Below are positions 21,214 to 36,767 of a stretch of DNA of 64,000 nucleotides, one piece after another; within the stretch, counting starts at the first letter, position 1, and every line of letters starts with the position of its first letter. The notes below the pieces were generated by a model. That model saw only the letters and a list, made by a program, of their open reading frames with translations, was not told where the DNA came from and did not search any database. The translations under genes and the position numbers were made by a program. Origin of the DNA: Escherichia coli (GTDB taxonomy: Bacteria; Pseudomonadota; Gammaproteobacteria; Enterobacterales; Enterobacteriaceae); NCBI RefSeq assembly GCF_046105845.1, contig NZ_CP151004.1, one strand, 5' to 3'.

Positions 21214-22038
21214 ATGAACAAAACCGCGATTGCGCTGCTGGCCCTGCTTGCCAGTAGCGCCAGCCTGGCAGCGACGCCGTGGCAAAAAATAACCCAACCT
21301 GTGCCGGGTAGCGCACAATCGATAGGCAGTTTTTCTAATGGTTGTATCGTCGGCGCTGACACGCTGCCGATACAGTCCGAACATTATCAGGTCATGCGTA
21401 CCGATCAGCGTCGCTATTTCGGACATCCGGATCTGGTGATGTTTATCCAGCGTCTGAGTAGCCAGGTGAGCAATCTGGGCTTAGGCACGGTGCTGATTGG
21501 CGATATGGGGATGCCTGCTGGTGGTCGTTTCAACGGCGGTCACGCCAGCCACCAGACCGGACTGGATGTGGACATCTTCCTGCAACTGCCAAAAACACGC
21601 TGGACCTCCGCGCAGCTCTTGCGCCCACAAGCGTTAGATTTAGTTTCCCGCGACGGTAAACACGTTGTTCCGACGCTGTGGAAGCCAGAAATTTTCAGCT
21701 TGATCAAACTCGCCGCCCAGGACAAAGACGTCACGCGCATTTTTGTTAATCCGGCGATTAAACAACAACTTTGCCTTGATGCGGGCACCGATCGCGACTG
21801 GTTGCGCAAAGTGCGACCCTGGTTCCAGCATCGCGCACATATGCATGTACGATTACGTTGTCCTGCCGATAGTCTGGAGTGTGAAGATCAACCTTTACCG
21901 CCACCGGGCGATGGTTGCGGGGCAGAACTGCAAAGCTGGTTTGAACCTCCAAAACCGGGAACAACAAAGCCTGAGAAGAAGACACCGCCTCCGTTGCCGC
22001 CTTCCTGCCAGGCGCTACTGGATGAGCACGTGATCTAA
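21214..22038 (+). CDS. mepA: Penicillin-insensitive murein DD-endopeptidase MepA
   Basis: 274-aa ORF with signal peptide; LAS metallopeptidase. Confidence 0.9.
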   Translation: MNKTAIALLALLASSASLAATPWQKITQPVPGSAQSIGSFSNGCIVGADTLPIQSEHYQVMRTDQRRYFGHPDLVMFIQRLSSQVSNLGLGTVLIGDMGMPAGGRFNGGHASHQTGLDVDIFLQLPKTRWTSAQLLRPQALDLVSRDGKHVVPTLWKPEIFSLIKLAAQDKDVTRIFVNPAIKQQLCLDAGTDRDWLRKVRPWFQHRAHMHVRLRCPADSLECEDQPLPPPGDGCGAELQSWFEPPKPGTTKPEKKTPPPLPPSCQALLDEHVI

Positions 22039-22847
22039 TGGAAACGTTTAATAGTCTGTTTATGGTTTCCCCGCTGTTGCTGGGAGTTCTCTTTTTTGTC
22101 GCCATGCTGGCGGGATTTATCGACTCGATTGCCGGTGGCGGTGGGTTACTCACTATTCCGGCATTGATGGCGGCGGGGATGTCTCCCGCTAACGCGCTGG
22201 CAACCAATAAACTGCAAGCCTGCGGCGGCTCTATTTCCGCCACTATCTACTTTATTCGCCGCAAAGTGGTTAGTTTAAGCGATCAGAAACTCAATATCGC
22301 CATGACCTTTGTCGGCTCAATGAGTGGCGCGCTGCTGGTGCAGTATGTTCAGGCTGATGTCTTACGGCAGATTTTGCCCATTCTGGTGATTTGTATCGGC
22401 CTCTATTTCTTGCTGATGCCAAAGCTGGGTGAAGAAGATCGCCAGCGCCGGATGTACGGACTACCTTTCGCGTTAATTGCCGGTGGCTGCGTCGGTTTTT
22501 ACGATGGATTCTTTGGCCCGGCTGCCGGATCGTTTTACGCGCTGGCCTTCGTTACGCTGTGCGGATTCAACCTCGCCAAAGCCACGGCTCATGCCAAATT
22601 ACTCAACGCAACGTCAAACATTGGCGGTCTGCTGCTGTTTATTCTCGGCGGCAAAGTGATTTGGGCGACGGGCTTTGTCATGCTGGTGGGGCAATTCCTC
22701 GGCGCGCGCATGGGTTCACGACTGGTGTTGAGCAAAGGACAAAAGCTGATCCGCCCGATGATCGTTATTGTCTCAGCGGTGATGAGTGCAAAATTACTTT
22801 ACGATAGCCACGGACAGGAGATCCTCCATTGGTTGGGGATGAACTAA
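22038..22847 (+). CDS. yfcA: TauE/SafE-family inner membrane protein
   Basis: 269-aa hydrophobic ORF overlapping the mepA stop by 1 nt. Confidence 0.88.
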   Translation: METFNSLFMVSPLLLGVLFFVAMLAGFIDSIAGGGGLLTIPALMAAGMSPANALATNKLQACGGSISATIYFIRRKVVSLSDQKLNIAMTFVGSMSGALLVQYVQADVLRQILPILVICIGLYFLLMPKLGEEDRQRRMYGLPFALIAGGCVGFYDGFFGPAAGSFYALAFVTLCGFNLAKATAHAKLLNATSNIGGLLLFILGGKVIWATGFVMLVGQFLGARMGSRLVLSKGQKLIRPMIVIVSAVMSAKLLYDSHGQEILHWLGMN

Positions 22848-23395
22848 TGAACAGTACACACCACTATGAGCAGTTGATTGAGATTTTTAATAGCTGCTTT
22901 GCCGATGAATTTAATACCCGTCTGATTAAAGGCGACGACGAACCGATCTATCTTCCTGCTGATGCGGAAGTACCGTATAACCGAATCGTCTTTGCTCATG
23001 GCTTTTATGCCAGCGCAATTCATGAGATTTCGCACTGGTGTATTGCCGGGAAAGCGCGTCGTGAGCAGGTTGATTTCGGCTACTGGTATTGCCCGGACGG
23101 TCGCGATGCCCAGACGCAAAGCCAGTTTGAAGATGTTGAAGTGAAGCCGCAGGCGCTCGACTGGTTGTTCTGCGTGGCGGCGGGATATCCGTTTAACGTC
23201 AGTTGCGACAATCTGGAAGGGGATTTCGAACCGGATCGCGTGGTGTTTCAACGGCGGGTATATGCGCAGGTGATGGATTATCTGGAAAACGGCATTCCTG
23301 AACGCCCGGCACGCTTCATTAAAGCATTACAAAATTATTATCACACGCCGGAACTTACGGCGGAACAGTTCCCGTGGCCGGAAGCGCTCAACTAA
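22847..23395 (+). CDS. epmC: Elongation factor P hydroxylase EpmC
   Basis: 182 aa from ATG 22847 (MNSTHHYEQLIEIF...); the ORF track's upstream ATG adds 6 residues not in the known protein. Confidence 0.85.
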   Translation: MNSTHHYEQLIEIFNSCFADEFNTRLIKGDDEPIYLPADAEVPYNRIVFAHGFYASAIHEISHWCIAGKARREQVDFGYWYCPDGRDAQTQSQFEDVEVKPQALDWLFCVAAGYPFNVSCDNLEGDFEPDRVVFQRRVYAQVMDYLENGIPERPARFIKALQNYYHTPELTAEQFPWPEALN

Positions 23396-23428
23396 AGCCA
23401 GCGCCACGTTTTACAATGAGGAAAGAAG

Positions 23429-23707
23429 ATGATCGCGGAGTTTGAATCACGCATTCTGGCATTAATCGACGGTATGGTTGACCATGCCAGTGATGATGAG
23501 TTGTTTGCCAGTGGGTATTTGCGTGGCCACCTGACATTAGCCATCGCAGAACTGGAAAGTGGTGATGACCACTCCGCTCAGGCGGTGCATACGACCGTTA
23601 GCCAGAGTCTGGAAAAAGCCATTGGTGCCGGTGAATTGTCGCCGCGTGACCAGGCACTGGTGACCGATATGTGGGAAAACCTGTTTCAGCAGGCGTCACA
23701 GCAGTAA
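23429..23707 (+). CDS. yfcL: Small uncharacterised protein YfcL
   Basis: 92-aa ORF immediately downstream of epmC. Confidence 0.8.
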
Positions 23708-23712
23708 GTAAT

Positions 23713-23744
23713 GTGCCGGATAAGGCGTTCACGCCATATCCGGC
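23713..23744. repeat. REP element
   Basis: TGCCGGATAAGGCGTTCACGCCATATCCGGCA palindromic unit between convergent yfcL and mnmC. Confidence 0.5.
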
Positions 23745-23762
23745 AAGCAATGCCAGAGTAGA

Positions 23763-25835
<2,073 letters not shown>

Positions 25836-25844
25836 CTATTAATT

Positions 25845-25880
25845 GGCTGATCGGACTTGTTCGGCGTACAAGTGTACGCT
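25845..25880 (+). promoter_or_regulatory. FadR activator site and adjacent FabR palindrome in the fabB promoter
   Basis: GGCTGATCGGACTTGTTC (FadR-like) followed by the near-perfect palindrome GGCGTACAAGTGTACGCT (FabR-like), about 50-80 bp upstream of fabB. Confidence 0.5.
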
Positions 25881-25927
25881 ATTGTGCATTCGAAACTTAC
25901 TCTATGTGCGACTTACAGAGGTATTGA

Positions 25928-27148
25928 ATGAAACGTGCAGTGATTACTGGCCTGGGCATTGTTTCCAGCATCGGTAATAACCAGCAGGAAGTCCTGGCAT
26001 CTCTGCGTGAAGGACGTTCAGGGATCACTTTCTCTCAGGAGCTGAAGGATTCCGGCATGCGTAGCCACGTCTGGGGCAACGTAAAACTGGATACCACTGG
26101 CCTCATTGACCGCAAAGTTGTGCGCTTTATGAGCGACGCATCCATTTATGCATTCCTTTCTATGGAGCAGGCAATTGCAGATGCTGGCCTCTCCCCGGAA
26201 GCTTACCAGAATAACCCGCGCGTTGGCCTGATTGCAGGTTCTGGCGGCGGTTCCCCGCGTTTCCAGGTCTTCGGCGCTGACGCAATGCGCGGCCCGCGCG
26301 GCCTGAAAGCGGTTGGCCCGTATGTGGTCACCAAAGCGATGGCATCTGGCGTTTCTGCCTGCCTCGCCACGCCGTTTAAAATTCACGGCGTTAACTACTC
26401 CATCAGCTCCGCGTGTGCGACTTCCGCACACTGTATCGGTAACGCAGTAGAGCAGATCCAACTGGGCAAACAGGACATAGTGTTTGCTGGCGGCGGCGAA
26501 GAGCTGTGCTGGGAAATGGCTTGCGAATTCGACGCGATGGGTGCGCTGTCTACCAAATACAACGACACCCCGGAAAAAGCCTCCCGTACTTATGACGCTC
26601 ACCGTGACGGTTTCGTTATCGCTGGCGGCGGCGGTATGGTGGTGGTCGAAGAACTGGAACACGCGTTGGCACGTGGTGCTCATATCTACGCTGAAATCGT
26701 TGGCTACGGCGCAACGTCTGATGGCGCAGACATGGTTGCTCCGTCTGGCGAAGGCGCAGTGCGTTGCATGAAGATGGCGATGCACGGTGTTGATACCCCA
26801 ATCGACTACCTGAACTCCCACGGTACTTCGACTCCGGTTGGCGACGTGAAAGAGCTGGCGGCTATCCGTGAAGTGTTCGGCGATAAGAGCCCGGCGATTT
26901 CTGCAACCAAAGCAATGACCGGTCACTCTCTGGGCGCTGCTGGCGTACAGGAAGCTATCTACTCTCTGCTGATGCTGGAACACGGCTTTATCGCCCCGAG
27001 CATCAACATTGAAGAGCTGGACGAACAGGCTGCGGGTCTGAACATCGTGACCGAAACGACCGATCGCGAACTGACCACCGTGATGTCTAACAGCTTCGGC
27101 TTCGGCGGCACCAACGCCACGCTGGTAATGCGTAAGCTGAAAGATTAA
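25928..27148 (+). CDS. fabB: 3-oxoacyl-ACP synthase I (KAS I)
   Basis: 406-aa ORF; condensing-enzyme fold with the active-site Cys context (SSACATSAH). Confidence 0.93.
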
Positions 27149-27159
27149 TTCGCAGTAAG

Positions 27160-27225
27160 TCGGAGTAGGTCGGATAAAACGCGCCAGCGTCGCATCCGAC
27201 GTTACGCGCTAATGCGGCCTCCGGC
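27160..27225. repeat. REP element(s) downstream of fabB
   Basis: GTAGGTCGGATAAAACGCGCCAGCGTCGCATCCGAC and flanking REP-like sequence. Confidence 0.5.
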
Positions 27226-27234
27226 ACTAACACA

Positions 27235-27260
27235 AAAGGGAACCCGATGGTTCCCTTTTT
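27235..27260 (+). terminator. Rho-independent terminator after fabB
   Basis: GGGAACC...GGTTCCC inverted repeat followed by TTTTT. Confidence 0.55.
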
Positions 27261-27419
27261 CACATCATTGACAATCGCCGCCTGTTCCAGGCAAACTTCC
27301 CGCTTTGTCGATTTCCTTCTGAAAAGACGTACGCGTTAATTCCTGCCAACGCACCGTAACCCTGAAACCAGAGAGATGAGACGGGGATACTCCTCGCCTT
27401 GCGCTGCATTCTGGAGTAA

Positions 27420-29593
<2,174 letters not shown>

Positions 29594-29691
29594 TACGTAT
29601 CCTTATACCTGAAATCTTCGCAAGTATGCCTGGCCGCGAGATTATGGCACACTTGTCCGGTTAACTCTCGTCTCATACAGGTAACACAAAC

Positions 29692-30828
29692 GTGAAAATC
29701 CTTGTTGATGAAAATATGCCTTATGCCCGCGACTTATTTAGCCGTTTGGGTGAGGTGACCGCGGTTCCCGGGCGTCCAATTCCCGTGGCTCAACTGGCAG
29801 ACGCGGATGCGATGATGGTGCGTTCGGTCACGAAAGTGAATGAATCTTTGCTGGCAGGAAAACCCATTAAATTTGTTGGCACTGCCACCGCGGGGACCGA
29901 CCATGTCGATGAAGCGTGGTTAAAGCAGGCGGGAATTGGTTTTTCCGCGGCACCAGGCTGTAATGCGATTGCGGTGGTGGAATATGTTTTCTCCTCACTG
30001 CTGATGCTTGCCGAACGCGATGGATTTTCACTGCACGACCGTACAGTGGGGATCGTGGGCGTTGGTAACGTTGGTCGCCGTTTACAGGCGCGACTGGAAG
30101 CGTTAGGGATTACAACCTTGCTTTGCGATCCGCCTCGCGCCGACCGTGGGGATGAGGGGGATTTCCGCTCGCTGGATGAATTAGTTCAGCATGCGGATAT
30201 TCTGACTTTCCATACGCCACTCTTCAAAGACGGGCCGTACAAAACGCTGCATCTGGCGGATGAAAAACTGATCCGTAGCCTGAAACCAGGAGCGATTCTG
30301 ATTAACGCCTGCCGTGGCGCAGTCGTCGATAATACTGCCCTATTGACCTGTCTGAACGAAGGCCAGAAGTTAAGCGTAGTGCTGGATGTCTGGGAAGGCG
30401 AACCGGAACTTAACGTGGAATTGCTGAAAAAAGTGGATATCGGCACGCCGCATATCGCAGGCTATACCCTGGAAGGTAAAGCACGCGGTACTACGCAAGT
30501 GTTTGAAGCCTATAGCAAGTTTATTGGGCATGAACAACACGTTGCGCTGGATACGTTGCTGCCCGCGCCAGAGTTTGGCCGCATTACGCTGCATGGTCCG
30601 CTCGATCAACCGACGCTGAAAAGGCTGGTGCATTTGGTGTATGATGTGCGCCGCGATGACGCACCGCTGCGTAAAGTCGCCGGAATACCGGGTGAGTTCG
30701 ATAAGCTGCGCAAAAACTATCTTGAGCGCCGTGAATGGTCATCTCTGTATGTGATTTGTGATGACGCCAGTGCGGCATCATTGCTGTGTAAACTGGGTTT
30801 TAACGCCGTTCATCATCCGGCACGTTAA
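29692..30828 (+). CDS. pdxB: Erythronate-4-phosphate dehydrogenase
   Basis: 378-aa ORF from GTG 29692; D-isomer 2-hydroxyacid dehydrogenase family. Confidence 0.9.
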   Translation: MKILVDENMPYARDLFSRLGEVTAVPGRPIPVAQLADADAMMVRSVTKVNESLLAGKPIKFVGTATAGTDHVDEAWLKQAGIGFSAAPGCNAIAVVEYVFSSLLMLAERDGFSLHDRTVGIVGVGNVGRRLQARLEALGITTLLCDPPRADRGDEGDFRSLDELVQHADILTFHTPLFKDGPYKTLHLADEKLIRSLKPGAILINACRGAVVDNTALLTCLNEGQKLSVVLDVWEGEPELNVELLKKVDIGTPHIAGYTLEGKARGTTQVFEAYSKFIGHEQHVALDTLLPAPEFGRITLHGPLDQPTLKRLVHLVYDVRRDDAPLRKVAGIPGEFDKLRKNYLERREWSSLYVICDDASAASLLCKLGFNAVHHPAR

Positions 30829-30893
30829 TCTCTTCTTCATGCTCTCTGCTGTAATATTGGCAGGGAGCTTTGCTATTTCTGGAGTAAACCACC

Positions 30894-31907
30894 ATGTCTG
30901 AAGGCTGGAACATTGCCGTCCTGGGCGCAACTGGCGCTGTGGGCGAAGCCCTGCTTGAAACGCTGGCTGAACGTCAGTTCCCGGTTGGGGAAATTTATGC
31001 ACTGGCACGTAACGAAAGCGCAGGCGAACAACTGCGCTTTGGTGGTAAGACAATCACCGTGCAGGATGCTGCTGAATTCGACTGGACGCAGGCGCAGCTG
31101 GCATTTTTTGTCGCAGGCAAAGAAGCTACCGCAGCCTGGGTTGAAGAAGCGACCAACTCAGGTTGCCTGGTGATCGACAGCAGCGGATTGTTTGCTCTCG
31201 AACCCGACGTACCGCTGGTGGTGCCGGAAGTAAACCCGTTTGTACTGACCGATTACCGCAACCGGAATGTCATCGCCGTACCAGACAGTCTGACTAGTCA
31301 GCTGCTGGCGGCACTGAAACCGTTAATCGATCAGGGCGGTTTGTCGCGTATCAGCGTTACCAGCCTGATTTCAGCCTCCGCCCAGGGCAAAAAAGCGGTC
31401 GATGCGTTAGCGGGGCAGAGTGCGAAATTGCTCAACGGCATTCCGATTGATGAAGAAGATTTCTTCGGGCGTCAGCTGGCGTTCAACATGCTGCCGTTAC
31501 TGCCGGATAGCGAAGGTAGCGTGCGTGAAGAACGTCGTATCGTTGACGAAGTACGCAAAATCCTGCAGGACGAAGGGCTGATGATTTCGGCAAGCGTCGT
31601 CCAGGCACCGGTATTCTACGGTCATGCCCAGATGGTCAACTTTGAAGCTCTGCGTCCGCTGGCGGCAGAAGAAGCGCGTGATGCGTTTGCTCAGGGCGAA
31701 GATATTGTGCTCTCTGAAGAGAACGAATTCCCGACTCAGGTGGGGGATGCTTCTGGTACGCCGCATCTTTCCGTTGGCTGCGTGCGTAATGACTACGGTA
31801 TGCCGGAGCAAGTTCAGTTCTGGTCGGTGGCCGATAACGTTCGCTTTGGCGGCGCGCTGATGGCAGTAAAAATCGCCGAGAAACTGGTGCAGGAGTATCT
31901 GTACTAA
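30894..31907 (+). CDS. usg: Aspartate-semialdehyde dehydrogenase homologue Usg
   Basis: 337-aa ORF with Rossmann N-terminus (VLGATGAVG); stop overlaps the truA start. Confidence 0.88.
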   Translation: MSEGWNIAVLGATGAVGEALLETLAERQFPVGEIYALARNESAGEQLRFGGKTITVQDAAEFDWTQAQLAFFVAGKEATAAWVEEATNSGCLVIDSSGLFALEPDVPLVVPEVNPFVLTDYRNRNVIAVPDSLTSQLLAALKPLIDQGGLSRISVTSLISASAQGKKAVDALAGQSAKLLNGIPIDEEDFFGRQLAFNMLPLLPDSEGSVREERRIVDEVRKILQDEGLMISASVVQAPVFYGHAQMVNFEALRPLAAEEARDAFAQGEDIVLSEENEFPTQVGDASGTPHLSVGCVRNDYGMPEQVQFWSVADNVRFGGALMAVKIAEKLVQEYLY

Positions 31908-32719
31908 TGTCCGACCAGCAACAACCGCCAGTTTATAAAATTGCGCTGGGCATTGAGTACGACGGCAGTAAGTATTACGGCTGGCAACGGCAGAACGAAG
32001 TCCGCAGTGTGCAGGAGAAGCTGGAAAAGGCGCTCTCCCAGGTGGCGAACGAACCGATCACCGTCTTCTGCGCCGGGCGTACTGACGCAGGTGTACACGG
32101 CACCGGGCAGGTTGTGCATTTCGAAACGACCGCGCAGCGCAAAGACGCTGCGTGGACGTTGGGCGTAAATGCGAATTTACCTGGTGACATCGCCGTGCGT
32201 TGGGTTAAAGCTGTACCTGATGATTTTCATGCCCGATTTAGCGCCACGGCTCGCCGTTATCGCTACATCATCTACAATCATCGGCTGCGCCCAGCGGTAC
32301 TGAGTAAAGGGGTAACCCATTTTTACGAACCGCTGGACGCTGAACGGATGCATCGGGCTGCGCAATGCTTGCTGGGCGAGAATGATTTCACCTCGTTCCG
32401 TGCGGTGCAGTGCCAGTCCCGAACCCCGTGGCGCAACGTTATGCATATTAATGTCACGCGTCACGGTCCTTATGTGGTGGTAGATATCAAAGCGAATGCC
32501 TTTGTACATCATATGGTCAGGAATATTGTCGGCAGCCTGATGGAAGTCGGTGCCCACAACCAGCCGGAGAGCTGGATAGCAGAGTTGCTGGCGGCAAAGG
32601 ACAGAACGCTGGCGGCAGCAACGGCAAAAGCGGAAGGGCTGTATCTGGTCGCGGTGGATTACCCTGACCGGTATGATCTTCCAAAACCGCCAATGGGCCC
32701 GCTATTTCTGGCGGACTAA
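31907..32719 (+). CDS. truA: tRNA pseudouridine(38-40) synthase
   Basis: 270-aa ORF with the RTDAGVHG catalytic motif. Confidence 0.92.
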   Translation: MSDQQQPPVYKIALGIEYDGSKYYGWQRQNEVRSVQEKLEKALSQVANEPITVFCAGRTDAGVHGTGQVVHFETTAQRKDAAWTLGVNANLPGDIAVRWVKAVPDDFHARFSATARRYRYIIYNHRLRPAVLSKGVTHFYEPLDAERMHRAAQCLLGENDFTSFRAVQCQSRTPWRNVMHINVTRHGPYVVVDIKANAFVHHMVRNIVGSLMEVGAHNQPESWIAELLAAKDRTLAAATAKAEGLYLVAVDYPDRYDLPKPPMGPLFLAD

Positions 32720-32801
32720 CAAGAATAATGCTCGGAACATTTCAGGCTGTAGCCAACGTAGTTACAGCCTGAAAGATGACGAGTACAAGGCATAGGCTAA
32801 T

Positions 32802-33461
32802 ATGGACCTGATTTATTTCCTCATCGATTTTATCCTGCACATTGACGTGCATCTGGCAGAACTGGTCGCGGAGTATGGCGTCTGGGTTTATGCCATTTTG
32901 TTCTTAATTTTGTTCTGTGAAACCGGTTTGGTGGTAACGCCGTTTTTACCGGGTGATTCATTGCTGTTTGTTGCCGGAGCGTTGGCATCACTGGAAACCA
33001 ACGATCTCAACGTCCATATGATGGTGGTGCTGATGCTGATCGCCGCGATTGTGGGTGACGCAGTGAACTACACCATTGGACGGTTATTTGGTGACAAACT
33101 GTTCAGTAATCCAGATTCGAAAATCTTTCGTCGCAGTTATCTTGATAAGACTCATCAGTTTTACGAGAGACATGGCGGCAAAACGATTATTCTCGCCCGT
33201 TTTGTACCGATCGTCAGAACGTTCGCGCCGTTCGTTGCGGGAATGGGCCACATGTCGTATCGTCATTTCGCCGCTTTTAACGTCATCGGCGCGTTGCTAT
33301 GGGTACTGATTTTTACCTACGCGGGTTATTTCTTCGGAACGCTCCCCTTCATTCAGAGCAACCTTAAACTGATGATTGTTGGCATTATTTTTGTTTCAAT
33401 ATTGCCAGGTGTTTTCGAATTTATTCGCCACAAACGCGCTGCGGCACGCGCCGCAAAATAA
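32802..33461 (+). CDS. dedA: DedA-family inner membrane protein
   Basis: 219-aa hydrophobic ORF. Confidence 0.9.
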   Translation: MDLIYFLIDFILHIDVHLAELVAEYGVWVYAILFLILFCETGLVVTPFLPGDSLLFVAGALASLETNDLNVHMMVVLMLIAAIVGDAVNYTIGRLFGDKLFSNPDSKIFRRSYLDKTHQFYERHGGKTIILARFVPIVRTFAPFVAGMGHMSYRHFAAFNVIGALLWVLIFTYAGYFFGTLPFIQSNLKLMIVGIIFVSILPGVFEFIRHKRAAARAAK

Positions 33462-33616
33462 AAAGTAACTCCGCGGTTCGACCACTTTTTTATCCAAAGT
33501 TTCGGGCTGTTATGTTTTAATGTGCAACATTCATGGTCTGTTGGGGGCAAAAATGGCATTATGCGTCCCCAAAGATAAAACTGGCATCGAACCAGGTTCA
33601 GACAGAAAGGTCCCTA

Positions 33617-34531
33617 ATGAGCTGGATTGAACGAATTAAAAGCAACATTACTCCCACCCGCAAGGCGAGCATTCCTGAAGGGGTGTGGACTAAGTGTGAT
33701 AGCTGCGGTCAGGTTTTATACCGCGCTGAGCTGGAACGTAATCTTGAGGTCTGTCCGAAGTGTGACCATCACATGCGTATGACAGCGCGTAATCGCCTGC
33801 ATAGCCTGTTAGATGAAGGAAGCCTTGTGGAGCTGGGTAGCGAGCTTGAGCCGAAAGATGTGCTGAAGTTTCGTGACTCCAAGAAGTATAAAGACCGTCT
33901 GGCATCTGCGCAGAAAGAAACCGGCGAAAAAGATGCGCTGGTGGTGATGAAAGGCACCCTGTATGGAATGCCAGTTGTCGCTGCGGCATTCGAGTTCGCC
34001 TTTATGGGCGGTTCCATGGGGTCTGTGGTAGGTGCACGTTTCGTGCGTGCCGTTGAGCAGGCGCTGGAAGATAACTGCCCACTGATCTGCTTCTCCGCCT
34101 CTGGTGGCGCACGTATGCAGGAAGCACTGATGTCGCTGATGCAGATGGCGAAAACCTCTGCGGCGCTGGCAAAAATGCAGGAGCGCGGCTTGCCGTACAT
34201 CTCCGTACTGACCGACCCGACCATGGGTGGTGTTTCTGCAAGTTTCGCCATGCTGGGCGATCTCAACATCGCTGAACCGAAAGCGTTAATCGGCTTTGCC
34301 GGTCCGCGTGTTATCGAACAGACTGTTCGCGAAAAACTGCCGCCAGGATTCCAGCGCAGTGAATTCCTGATCGAGAAGGGCGCGATCGACATGATCGTCC
34401 GTCGTCCGGAAATGCGCCTGAAACTGGCGAGTATTCTGGCGAAGTTGATGAATCTGCCAGCGCCGAATCCTGAAGCGCCGCGTGAAGGCGTAGTGGTGCC
34501 ACCGGTACCAGATCAGGAACCTGAGGCCTGA
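33617..34531 (+). CDS. accD: Acetyl-CoA carboxylase carboxyltransferase beta subunit
   Basis: 304 aa from ATG 33617 ([10 protein letters not shown]...) with an N-terminal C4 zinc finger (CDSCGQ...CPKCDHH); the ORF track's 332-aa frame starts upstream. Confidence 0.92.
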
Positions 34532-34540
34532 TAACTGATA

Positions 34541-34570
34541 AGGGCAGGGCCACTGGCTCTGCCCTTTTGC
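34541..34570 (+). terminator. Possible rho-independent terminator or attenuator after accD
   Basis: AGGGCAGGGCCACTGGCTCTGCCCT hairpin followed by TTTT. Confidence 0.5.
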
Positions 34571-34600
34571 TATTCTCACCGTAACGAATCAGCGGATACC

Positions 34601-35869
34601 ATGATTATCAAACGCACTCCTCAAGCCGCGTCGCCTCTGGCTTCGTGGCTTTCTTATCTGGAAAACCTGCACAGTAAAACTATCGATCTCGGCCTTGAGC
34701 GCGTGAGCCAGGTCGCGGCGCGTCTTGGCGTCCTGAAACCTGCGCCATTTGTGTTTACCGTTGCGGGTACGAATGGCAAAGGCACCACCTGCCGTACGCT
34801 GGAGTCGATTCTGATGGCGGCAGGGTACAAAGTGGGCGTCTACAGTTCACCGCATCTGGTGCGTTATACCGAGCGCGTACGTGTGCAGGGTCAGGAATTG
34901 CCGGAATCGGCCCACACCGCCTCTTTTGCGGAGATTGAATCGGCACGCGGTGATATTTCCCTGACCTATTTCGAGTACGGTACGCTGTCGGCGTTGTGGC
35001 TGTTCAAGCAGGCACAACTTGACGTGGTGATTCTGGAAGTAGGGCTGGGCGGTCGTCTGGACGCAACCAATATTGTCGATGCCGATGTCGCGGTAGTAAC
35101 CAGCATTGCGCTGGATCATACCGACTGGCTGGGGCCAGATCGCGAAAGCATTGGTCGCGAGAAAGCAGGCATCTTCCGCAGCGAAAAACCGGCAATTGTC
35201 GGTGAGCCGGAAATGCCTTCTACCATTGCTGATGTGGCGCAGGAAAAAAGTGCACTGTTACAACGTCGGGGCGTTGAGTGGAACTATTCCGTCACCGATC
35301 ATGACTGGACGTTTAGCGATGCTCACGGCACGCTGGAAAATCTGCCGTTGCCGCTTGTCCCGCAACCGAATGCCGCAACGGCGCTGGCGGCACTGCGTGC
35401 CAGCGGGCTGGAGGTCAGTGAAAATGCCATTCGCGACGGGATTGCCAGCGCAATTTTGCCGGGACGTTTCCAGATTGTGAGCGAGTCACCACGCGTTATT
35501 TTTGATGTCGCGCATAATCCACATGCGGCGGAATATCTCACCGGGCGTATGAAAGCGCTACCGAAAAACGGGCGCGTGCTGGCGGTTATCGGTATGCTAC
35601 ATGATAAAGATATTGCCGGAACTCTGGCCTGGTTGAAAAGCGTGGTTGATGACTGGTATTGTGCGCCACTGGAAGGGCCGCGCGGTGCCACGGCAGAACA
35701 ACTGCTTGAGCATTTGGGTAACGGCAAATCATTTGATAGCGTGGCGCAGGCATGGGATGCCGCAATGGCGGACGCTAAAGCGGAAGATACCGTGCTGGTG
35801 TGTGGTTCGTTCCACACGGTCGCACATGTCATGGAAGTGATTGACGCGAGGAGAAGCGGTGGCAAGTAA
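34601..35869 (+). CDS. folC: Folylpolyglutamate synthase / dihydrofolate synthase
   Basis: 422-aa ORF with a P-loop-like motif (GTNGKGT). Confidence 0.92.
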   Translation: MIIKRTPQAASPLASWLSYLENLHSKTIDLGLERVSQVAARLGVLKPAPFVFTVAGTNGKGTTCRTLESILMAAGYKVGVYSSPHLVRYTERVRVQGQELPESAHTASFAEIESARGDISLTYFEYGTLSALWLFKQAQLDVVILEVGLGGRLDATNIVDADVAVVTSIALDHTDWLGPDRESIGREKAGIFRSEKPAIVGEPEMPSTIADVAQEKSALLQRRGVEWNYSVTDHDWTFSDAHGTLENLPLPLVPQPNAATALAALRASGLEVSENAIRDGIASAILPGRFQIVSESPRVIFDVAHNPHAAEYLTGRMKALPKNGRVLAVIGMLHDKDIAGTLAWLKSVVDDWYCAPLEGPRGATAEQLLEHLGNGKSFDSVAQAWDAAMADAKAEDTVLVCGSFHTVAHVMEVIDARRSGGK

Positions 35870-36509
35870 GTTTCAGAATCGGTTAGTGGGCACGATCGTG
35901 CTGGTGGCGCTGGGGGTGATTGTACTTCCAGGGCTGCTGGACGGGCAGAAAAAACATTATCAGGATGAGTTCGCGGCTATCCCGCTGGTGCCGAAAGCGG
36001 GCGATCGCGATGAGCCTGATATGATGCCAGCCGCCACCCAGGCGTTGCCGACGCAGCCGCCGGAAGGCGCAGCGGAAGAGGTGCGGGCAGGTGATGCCGC
36101 AGCACCGTCGCTCGATCCGGCCACTATTGCAGCCAATAACACCGAGTTTGAACCGGAACCTGCACCGGTCGTCCCACCGAAGCCGAAACCGGTGGAGCCG
36201 CCTAAGCCGAAGGTTGAAGCACCACCTGCGCCGAAGCCGGTCGTGGAAGAAAAAGCAGCGCCAACGGGTAAAGCCTATGTTGTACAACTGGGCGCACTGA
36301 AAAATGCCGATAAAGTGAATGAGATTGTCGGTAAGCTGCGCGGTGCCGGTTATCGGGTTTATACGTCGCCATCCACGCCAGTGCAGGGTAAAATTACCCG
36401 TATTCTGGTTGGGCCAGATGCCTCGAAAGATAAGCTGAAAGGATCGCTGGGTGAGTTGAAGCAACTTTCTGGCTTAAGTGGCGTGGTAATGGGCTACACG
36501 CCGAATTAA
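35859..36509 (+). CDS. dedD: Cell-division protein DedD (SPOR domain)
   Basis: GTG start at 35859 (VASKFQNRLVG...) overlapping the folC end; Pro/Lys-rich linker and C-terminal SPOR domain; 216 codons here. Confidence 0.8.
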   Translation: MASKFQNRLVGTIVLVALGVIVLPGLLDGQKKHYQDEFAAIPLVPKAGDRDEPDMMPAATQALPTQPPEGAAEEVRAGDAAAPSLDPATIAANNTEFEPEPAPVVPPKPKPVEPPKPKVEAPPAPKPVVEEKAAPTGKAYVVQLGALKNADKVNEIVGKLRGAGYRVYTSPSTPVQGKITRILVGPDASKDKLKGSLGELKQLSGLSGVVMGYTPN

Positions 36510-36517
36510 TACGGTCT

Positions 36518-36625
36518 TGCCTGATGCGACGCTGGCGCGTCTTATCAGGCCTGCGCAGGAGTAGAACCGTAGGTCGGATAAGGCGTTTACGCCGCATCCG
36601 ACACGCATTGTCCGATGCCGCAAAG
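36518..36625. repeat. BIME: cluster of two to three REP units
   Basis: GCCTGATGCGACGCTGGCGCGTCTTATCAGGC followed by GTAGGTCGGATAAGGCGTTTACGCCGCATCCGAC and a further REP-like unit. Confidence 0.6.
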
Positions 36626-36695
36626 GCATAAAAAGTCGATGGCGTTGAATATTTTTTCAGCGCCATTTTTATTGATGCGCGGGAAGGAAATCCCT

Positions 36696-36711
36696 ACGCA
36701 AACGTTTTCTT
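36696..36711 (+). promoter_or_regulatory. PurR operator (PUR box) in the cvpA-purF promoter
   Basis: ACGCAAACGTTTTCTT matches the PurR consensus (GCAAACGTTT core) about 60 bp upstream of cvpA. Confidence 0.55.
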
Positions 36712-36767
36712 TTTCTGTTAGAATGCGCCCCGAACAGGATGACAGGGCGTAAAATCGTGGGACACAT

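Noticed and set aside
26018..26983. 321-aa minus-strand ORF
   Set aside because: Antisense to fabB; no independent support.
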